NCBI GenBank assembly: GCA_035451165.1
Contig: DAOTOD010000001.1
Span: 1 to 24,868, forward strand
Direction: 5' to 3'
DNA: 24,868 bases
Source of the DNA: Bacteroidales bacterium
GTDB taxonomy: Bacteria > Bacteroidota > Bacteroidia > Bacteroidales > JAKIYJ01
Shown here: positions 9,997-15,904 of the stretch, one piece after another
Layout: every line of letters starts with the position of its first letter
How positions within the stretch are numbered: the stretch's first letter is position 1
Translations under genes and position numbers: made by a program
The notes under the pieces: generated by a model
Told to the model about the DNA's origin: nothing
What the model saw: only the letters and a program-made list of their open reading frames with translations
Database searches by the model: none

Positions 9997-10545
9997 ATGG
10001 AATTTGTAAAATCTAAGATAGAAGGATTAATAATTATTAAACCAAAAGTTTTTGAAGATGCCAGAGGTTATTTTTTTGAATCTTATAATTATAATTACTT
10101 TCGTGAAGCAGGAATAAATGTTTTGTTTTTGCAAGACAACCAATCTAAATCAAATAAAAATGTAATAAGAGGATTACATTTTCAAAAATCTCCTTTCGCT
10201 CAAGGTAAACTTGTAAGAGTTATAAAGGGAGCTGTATTAGATGTAGCTGTAGATATTAGAATTAATTCACCATATTACGGAAAATGGGAAATGCATGAGT
10301 TATCAGAAAAAAATAAATTAATGTTTTATATTCCACCTGGCTTTGCACATGGTTTTCTTACCCTCGAAGATGATACTATTTTTGCATATAAATGCACAAA
10401 TTTTTATAGTAAGGTATCAGAAGGCATAATTGCTTGGAATGATCCAATACTTAATATTAACTGGGGCATCCAAAATCCTATACTCTCTGAAAGAGATTCT
10501 AATGCCCCTTTATTTAAAGATTTTGTTAGTCCTTTTACATATTAA
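9997..10545 (+). CDS. rfbC: dTDP-4-dehydrorhamnose 3,5-epimerase
   Basis: DARGYF, QDNQSKS, RGLHFQ, GKLVRV, DVAVDIR, GFAHGF; 182 aa; starts 1 nt after the wzc stop. Confidence 0.96.
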   Translation: MEFVKSKIEGLIIIKPKVFEDARGYFFESYNYNYFREAGINVLFLQDNQSKSNKNVIRGLHFQKSPFAQGKLVRVIKGAVLDVAVDIRINSPYYGKWEMHELSEKNKLMFYIPPGFAHGFLTLEDDTIFAYKCTNFYSKVSEGIIAWNDPILNINWGIQNPILSERDSNAPLFKDFVSPFTY

Positions 10546-10596
10546 CTTTTCATTAATCTTGTAAATTAAAATAAAAGCCTTATTATTATATATTTA

Positions 10597-12918
10597 ATGG
10601 TTAAATTTATTGGAGAACATACTAATGTTGGTATATTAGGTAAATTATCCATTTATTTTGCTTTATCAACAGCTATTATTTCTCTTATACTTTTAATATC
10701 AGCAACGTTATTAAAAAAACAACAACATAAAATTTTACTCTATAAAATAACAAATTATTCATTAGCCTCGCATTTTATTGGGTTATTAAGTGCTATCATA
10801 ATATTATTAACTGCATTATATAAAGGTTTTTACGAATATGCCTATGTATGGGCCCATACATCTTCAAATTTATCAAACATATTAAAGTTATGCGCTATAT
10901 GGGCAGGTAAAGAAGGTAGTTTATTATTTTGGCTCTTTTGTCAATCATTTCTCACTATCATATTCTTCTTTAAAACAAAAAATTATAAAGCTATTTTATT
11001 TATAATGATTGTACAAAGCTTCCTTACTTTATTAATTTCAGGCATACATTTATTTTCTTTTACTATAGGCGACAGTCCTTTTATTCTATTAAGAGAATTG
11101 CCCTCAAATTCTGGTAACAAAGTTTTTGAATTATATAATTATCTTGACATAATAAGCAAAGGAAGAGGATTAAATCCTTTGCTGAAAAATTTTTGGATGA
11201 TTATTCATCCACCTATATTATTTGCTGGATATTCTGCAGCACTTATTACATGGAGTATAGGCATGTCAAGCTTAACAATAAAAACGGATAACTATATAAA
11301 AACTACTAAAACATGGTCTTTAATTTCAGTCGTATTTTTATTAGCCGGAATATTGTCAGGAGGTATATGGGGATATACTACTTTAAGTTTTGGCGGATTT
11401 TGGTCATGGGACCCAATTGAAAATGCTTCCCTAATACCTCTATTGTTAATAATAGCTGGTATTCATCTAAATTCAACAAATAAATTTTATAAAACAGCTA
11501 AAATTTTTTTTATAATAGCATACATATCAGTAATTTATGCAGGATTTTTAACTCGAAGTGGCATTTTAAGCAATATATCTGTTCACTCTTTTAATAAAAA
11601 CAAAGTAGGATGGGCATTAGGTTTACTTGTTATTTTACTATTTATCTTATACTTATACTTAATTTTTTCACTATTAAAAAAACAAAATAAATATTCCTCA
11701 ATCTATAATAAATATAAAACATTGTCTATTAAAGAATGGATAATATTACTGTTAACAACCATATTTAGTTTTTCAGCTTTTCATATATTTTTTAATACTT
11801 CCATACCTGTATTTAATTATTTATTAGACAGCCACTTATCTTTTCCTAAAAATGAAATGTCCTTTTATAATCAATGGCAGGCTGGCTTCTTAATATTATG
11901 TATATTAATATTAATCATATATAATTGTATTTCTATTGATAGAACTAAAAATAAAATATTTATTTATTTTTATTATTTAACTTTACTATTAAGTGTAATC
12001 GTAGGTGTTTTTGTTAGTTTACATTATACCTTTGAACTTTATCCAAAAGCTTTATCATTGATAATTACTTTAATAGGTTTTAGTAGTACTTTTATTTCTT
12101 ACTTATTAAAAAGAAAAAAACAAAACATAACTTATATATTATCACACTTAGGAATATTAATATTTTTGACAGGTGTAATTATAGCTTTTGGAGGTAAATA
12201 TGATTTAATAAGAGATAACACATTAAAACTATATAAAAATAAAACTTATTCTGTAAAAGCAGGTATGATTAACTATAAAGGTTATAAAATCATAGGAAAC
12301 AAGATTATCTACAATATTGATTTAAAAAAGAATAATTCTAAGTCCACTATCAATTTATTTCCTTTATTAATATATGACACTCTTTATGGGGATGTTTTCG
12401 AACCTTATGTACATAAAACCTTTAAAGGTGATTATTTTGTTTATATTGTTAAAAATAGTTTAAATCCTATTAAAGAAAACATTCCAACGAATAATTTAAA
12501 TTATTCTTTTTATATTTCATTATATGATACTATGTCTTTCACAAATGACTTAACAATTATTCTAAAAAGTCTAAAAACAAATTCGCCAAAATCGGATATC
12601 GATATTGATAATGTAACTATTGACGCTGGTATAAATGTCAAATATAAAGGTACTGATACTACTGTTATTGCAAGTTTTATTATCAACAAAGGGAAAATAT
12701 ATCACAAAGATGCAACTTTACAATACCCACCATTAGTTATAAGATTTAATAATATTTCGGGCGTTACTTCTAAAATAGAATTAAACTTAAATTTTGTCAA
12801 AGAAGATTATATCATAATAAAAGCTGAATTTTTTCCTTTTATTAATTTAGTTTGGTTAGGATTAATATTACTTTTTATAGGGCTATTCTTTAAAGCAATA
12901 GGATTTTATCCACAATAA
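10597..12918 (+). CDS. ccmF: Cytochrome c biogenesis heme lyase, CcmF/CcsA superfamily (CcmF-like)
   Basis: Polytopic membrane protein with WAGKEGSLLFW, GLNPLL, HPPILFAGY, WWD motif WGYTTLSFGGFWSWDPIENAS and LTRSG. His residues in HPP, AGIH, SVHSF and LSHLG match the positions of the four conserved CcmF histidines. Confidence 0.88.
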   Translation: MVKFIGEHTNVGILGKLSIYFALSTAIISLILLISATLLKKQQHKILLYKITNYSLASHFIGLLSAIIILLTALYKGFYEYAYVWAHTSSNLSNILKLCAIWAGKEGSLLFWLFCQSFLTIIFFFKTKNYKAILFIMIVQSFLTLLISGIHLFSFTIGDSPFILLRELPSNSGNKVFELYNYLDIISKGRGLNPLLKNFWMIIHPPILFAGYSAALITWSIGMSSLTIKTDNYIKTTKTWSLISVVFLLAGILSGGIWGYTTLSFGGFWSWDPIENASLIPLLLIIAGIHLNSTNKFYKTAKIFFIIAYISVIYAGFLTRSGILSNISVHSFNKNKVGWALGLLVILLFILYLYLIFSLLKKQNKYSSIYNKYKTLSIKEWIILLLTTIFSFSAFHIFFNTSIPVFNYLLDSHLSFPKNEMSFYNQWQAGFLILCILILIIYNCISIDRTKNKIFIYFYYLTLLLSVIVGVFVSLHYTFELYPKALSLIITLIGFSSTFISYLLKRKKQNITYILSHLGILIFLTGVIIAFGGKYDLIRDNTLKLYKNKTYSVKAGMINYKGYKIIGNKIIYNIDLKKNNSKSTINLFPLLIYDTLYGDVFEPYVHKTFKGDYFVYIVKNSLNPIKENIPTNNLNYSFYISLYDTMSFTNDLTIILKSLKTNSPKSDIDIDNVTIDAGINVKYKGTDTTVIASFIINKGKIYHKDATLQYPPLVIRFNNISGVTSKIELNLNFVKEDYIIIKAEFFPFINLVWLGLILLFIGLFFKAIGFYPQ

Positions 12919-14399
12919 AAATATTTATTTATTAATTCTATTATAGCTTCTTCATTATCTTTAATAAGATTTTTATCACCATATGATTTAAGCTTGTTAA
13001 TAGTACCTTGTATTAAATTTTCTGTAAATACATTACATTTTAAATAAATATCTTTTTGTTTTTCCAGCATTTCAGCTGACTCCCAACAAGAAGTCGGTAA
13101 TGTAGGTAATTGTTTAGCTAAATTTTCATCTTTAAATATATTTTTTTCTACATAAGTTTTTTCTGCATATTCAAGAGCATCTTCCATTTCAAGTCCATAT
13201 CTTGCTGCAACAGCAAGTCCTGCTAATAATAAATATACATCAGCCGAACCATCCGAACAACGATACTCAATTGTTTGATAATCTTTATTATCATCACCTG
13301 AAGTAAATGCAACTTCTTTAGGATTGGCTAATTTCATCATATTAATTGCATTATCGAGCCATGCTAATGGAATTCTAACAAGTGCCGACCTATTTCTGTG
13401 GCCCCAACATATTTTTGTAGGAGCTTCTTGATTAGGAATTAATCTAAAATAAGAAGTAGGATTAGTATTACCAAATGCTGTTAGTGAAGGTGTTAAATAC
13501 AAATAACCGGCAATTATTTTTTTAGCAGTATCACTCAATTTACCATTATTTAGCATAACACTTTTACCGTTTTTCTTAAATTGAGTGTGTATATGCAAAC
13601 CACTACCTGCTTTACCTAAAGTAATTTTAGGAGCAAAAGTAATATTGACACCATATTTATAAGCAAGTGCTCTTAATATCCATTTAGCAATAACTAATTG
13701 GTCAGCAGCATCTTCAAGGGTAACGGGTAAAAATTCTATTTCATTTTGTTCATAAACCTTATCATTAAAAATAAAATTTCCTACTTCTGAATGCCCGTAT
13801 TTTATATAACCTCCTGCTTTGGCGATGGTTTTCATAGCATCTATTCTAAAAGCTTCCTTTTTATTAAAAGGAAAAGATTCATGATAGCCTTTTTGATCGG
13901 CGTTCGTAAATAAAGAAGATTTATCGCTAATAACATAATACTCAAGCTCCCCCATCGCTTCAAAAGTATGCCCTGTGTTTTCAAACAAAACTTTATGGGC
14001 TTTACGTAAAACATTTTCTGGTGAATTTTCGAGAGGATAACCGTCTTTATTAAAATATGAACATAAAAAATCTATTGTTGGCTCTTGTGAAAAAGGATTA
14101 ACAAAAGCGGTGTTAAAACGTGGAACAACATATAAATCACTTGAACCAGTCTCTACATAAGGAAATAAACTCGACCCATCAACTCTTTCGCCTTTAGTTA
14201 AAATTGTTTCTAAATGTTTTTTGCTATTTATTATAAAATTTAACACTTTCAATCTACCATCTCCCGCAACATACCTAAAATTAACCATTTCGACATTATT
14301 GTGCTCAATATATTTAATTATATCAGAACGAGTAAATTCAAATGATGGCTTACCTATAAATTTTATCAAAGGATTAGGGCTCATTTCTAAAGTATCCAT
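12906..14399 (-). CDS. glnA: Glutamine synthetase, type I family (~500-aa Bacteroidota form)
   Basis: DGSS, GELEYY, HSEVG, QNEIEF, FAPK...GSGLHIH, NRSALVRIP, IEYRCSDG. Confidence 0.93.
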   Translation of the reverse strand: MDTLEMSPNPLIKFIGKPSFEFTRSDIIKYIEHNNVEMVNFRYVAGDGRLKVLNFIINSKKHLETILTKGERVDGSSLFPYVETGSSDLYVVPRFNTAFVNPFSQEPTIDFLCSYFNKDGYPLENSPENVLRKAHKVLFENTGHTFEAMGELEYYVISDKSSLFTNADQKGYHESFPFNKKEAFRIDAMKTIAKAGGYIKYGHSEVGNFIFNDKVYEQNEIEFLPVTLEDAADQLVIAKWILRALAYKYGVNITFAPKITLGKAGSGLHIHTQFKKNGKSVMLNNGKLSDTAKKIIAGYLYLTPSLTAFGNTNPTSYFRLIPNQEAPTKICWGHRNRSALVRIPLAWLDNAINMMKLANPKEVAFTSGDDNKDYQTIEYRCSDGSADVYLLLAGLAVAARYGLEMEDALEYAEKTYVEKNIFKDENLAKQLPTLPTSCWESAEMLEKQKDIYLKCNVFTENLIQGTINKLKSYGDKNLIKDNEEAIIELINKYFYCG

Positions 14400-14415
14400 A
14401 AAAAAATATTTTTTA

Positions 14416-14448
14416 CAAACTTAATTTATTTTGTTTGATATTACCAAA
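14416..14448 (-). promoter_or_regulatory. Bacteroidota primary-sigma promoter for glnA
   Basis: On the - strand: TTTG (14448-14445), a 21-nt spacer, then TAAGTTTG (14423-14416). This is a full consensus match 16 nt upstream of the ATG, implying a very short 5' UTR. Confidence 0.75.
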
Positions 14449-14700
14449 TGTCGCTTATTAAAGAATTATCTTTAATTATTATACAATTTCATATAATAAT
14501 CAAATTTTTATAGCCTTTTTAATAACCTAACCTACTATGCTTAAGATAATTTAATGAGAATGTAAAAAACACTAAAGAAAGTAAATATAACTACCTGTAA
14601 ATACTAATAAAAACAATAATTAACACAACAATAAGAAATTTTAAAACTTACTTTACTTTTAATTTATAGTAATAAAAAAACAAACATTATCTAATACATC

Positions 14701-14722
14701 TTACAAACATTTTACAAACATT
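14701..14722. repeat. Exact 11-bp tandem duplication (TTACAAACATT x2) at the 3' end of the DUF1566 gene
   Basis: 14701-14711 and 14712-14722 are identical; a partial third copy ACAAACATT is at 14680-14688. Confidence 0.97.
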
Positions 14723-15810
14723 TTATTACCATCCTGTTGCGTGGGTTGAATTTCATAACCTGATATTACTAAAGTAGCATAAGACGTAACTGTTGTACTA
14801 TACGACTTTATTTCAATTTCTATTGAAACAAAAGGCGTTATAGAAGTTAATAAAGGTATGCTTTGCATATCTACAAAAGTTGTAGCTGATGTGCTTGCAG
14901 TAAAAACACTTGAATAAGATGAAGAACCATCTGCTAAATTAAATTTAAGCCTAAATGAGCTAGCTTGACAACAAGGAGAATCAGAACTTCGACTACCTGT
15001 AAACTTTATATGAGTTGGTATTATAAGATTACCTGAAATAACAGGAGTTAAAGTGGCAACTGTGGTCCAAGAATCATTTTTGGTATTACCACTCACTGTT
15101 CTTGCTAATAACATTCCTGTTATTTCCCCACCATTTTTCCATTTACCATCACTAAGCCTATATGAAATATAATTTTGATTTATAGGATTTTCTTTTCCTT
15201 CGGCTATAGTCTTTGTCCATAAAAAATTTGTACTTGTAGTACTACCAGCAAAATAAGCTATTTCGTTAACCTCAGGTAATCTCCAGTCGGTATAACCTCC
15301 TTCATTTAAATTTTCACAATATTGAACTGCTTCTGCAAAAGTATAATCTGTTATAGATTCATCGCTTATCATTGTAGGGATGCTGCTATTCCCGCCTCCT
15401 GCAGAGATTGCGTTATCAACATATTGTTTATTAGCAGCATCATTATTATCGGTACAAGTAGCCAAATTAACTATTTTTTTAAAGTTCATATTAAGTTCTG
15501 TATTAGCTGGGTTTGGCATTAATTGAAGCCAAATAGGAGAAGAAGGAGAGCCTGCATTGTAATAAAAGCCTGTATCTTGGTCAACTTGATAAATAATTAA
15601 ACCAGTTGCTGGAGCCAATATCATATTTCTTTGTGCTAATGTCATCCTTGGTATTAATACACCTTTATTCAAAGCGGATACATCAAGCATAGCTGATGGG
15701 TCAGGTAAAGCTCCCGAAGTATTGATTGCTGTTCCCTGAGCGTGAATGTTTATTTTTATAAAAATGAACATAAACAAAATACATAATAACATTTTACATT
15801 TCATAAGCAT
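14701..15810 (-). CDS. Secreted fibre/adhesin-like protein with split DUF1566 (Lcl C-terminal, CLec-like) domain
   Basis: Signal peptide ending IHA-Q. Bacteroidota fibre-type N-domain (AINTSG..PDPSAMLDVS..KGVLIPRMT..QR..I..PATGLIIYQ....GFYY). Stalk/neck-like motif LNMNFKKIVNLATCTDNNDAANKQYVD. DUF1566 signature AVQYCENLNEGGYTDWRLPEVNEI...LWT. Recognised from motifs; no search was run. Confidence 0.7.
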   Translation of the reverse strand: MLMKCKMLLCILFMFIFIKINIHAQGTAINTSGALPDPSAMLDVSALNKGVLIPRMTLAQRNMILAPATGLIIYQVDQDTGFYYNAGSPSSPIWLQLMPNPANTELNMNFKKIVNLATCTDNNDAANKQYVDNAISAGGGNSSIPTMISDESITDYTFAEAVQYCENLNEGGYTDWRLPEVNEIAYFAGSTTSTNFLWTKTIAEGKENPINQNYISYRLSDGKWKNGGEITGMLLARTVSGNTKNDSWTTVATLTPVISGNLIIPTHIKFTGSRSSDSPCCQASSFRLKFNLADGSSSYSSVFTASTSATTFVDMQSIPLLTSITPFVSIEIEIKSYSTTVTSYATLVISGYEIQPTQQDGNKMFVKCL

Positions 15811-15904
15811 AATAATTTTAGGGTTAGGATGTAAATTTAATAAAAATTTTATTAAAAAAAATCTTAAATTAATTTTTATAATATAAAAAATAATTATTAA
15901 AATT

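Noticed and set aside
14475-14500. Inverted repeat ATTATTATA-N8-TATAATAAT upstream of the glnA promoter
   Set aside because: The arms are all A/T in a very AT-rich spacer and do not match the GlnR/TnrA box (TGTNA-N7-TNACA). I cannot distinguish it from chance.
14590-14645. Hydrophobic reading (FLIVVLIIVFISIYR-stop) on the - strand of the glnA/DUF1566 spacer
   Set aside because: An in-frame stop lies immediately upstream and there is no ATG. T-rich DNA yields hydrophobic codons by default.
15836-15888. AT-only palindromes (TTTAATAAAA-A-TTTTATTAAA; TTTTTATA-A-TATAAAAA) upstream of the DUF1566 gene
   Set aside because: The spacer is almost entirely A/T, so such palindromes are expected by chance and form weak stems.
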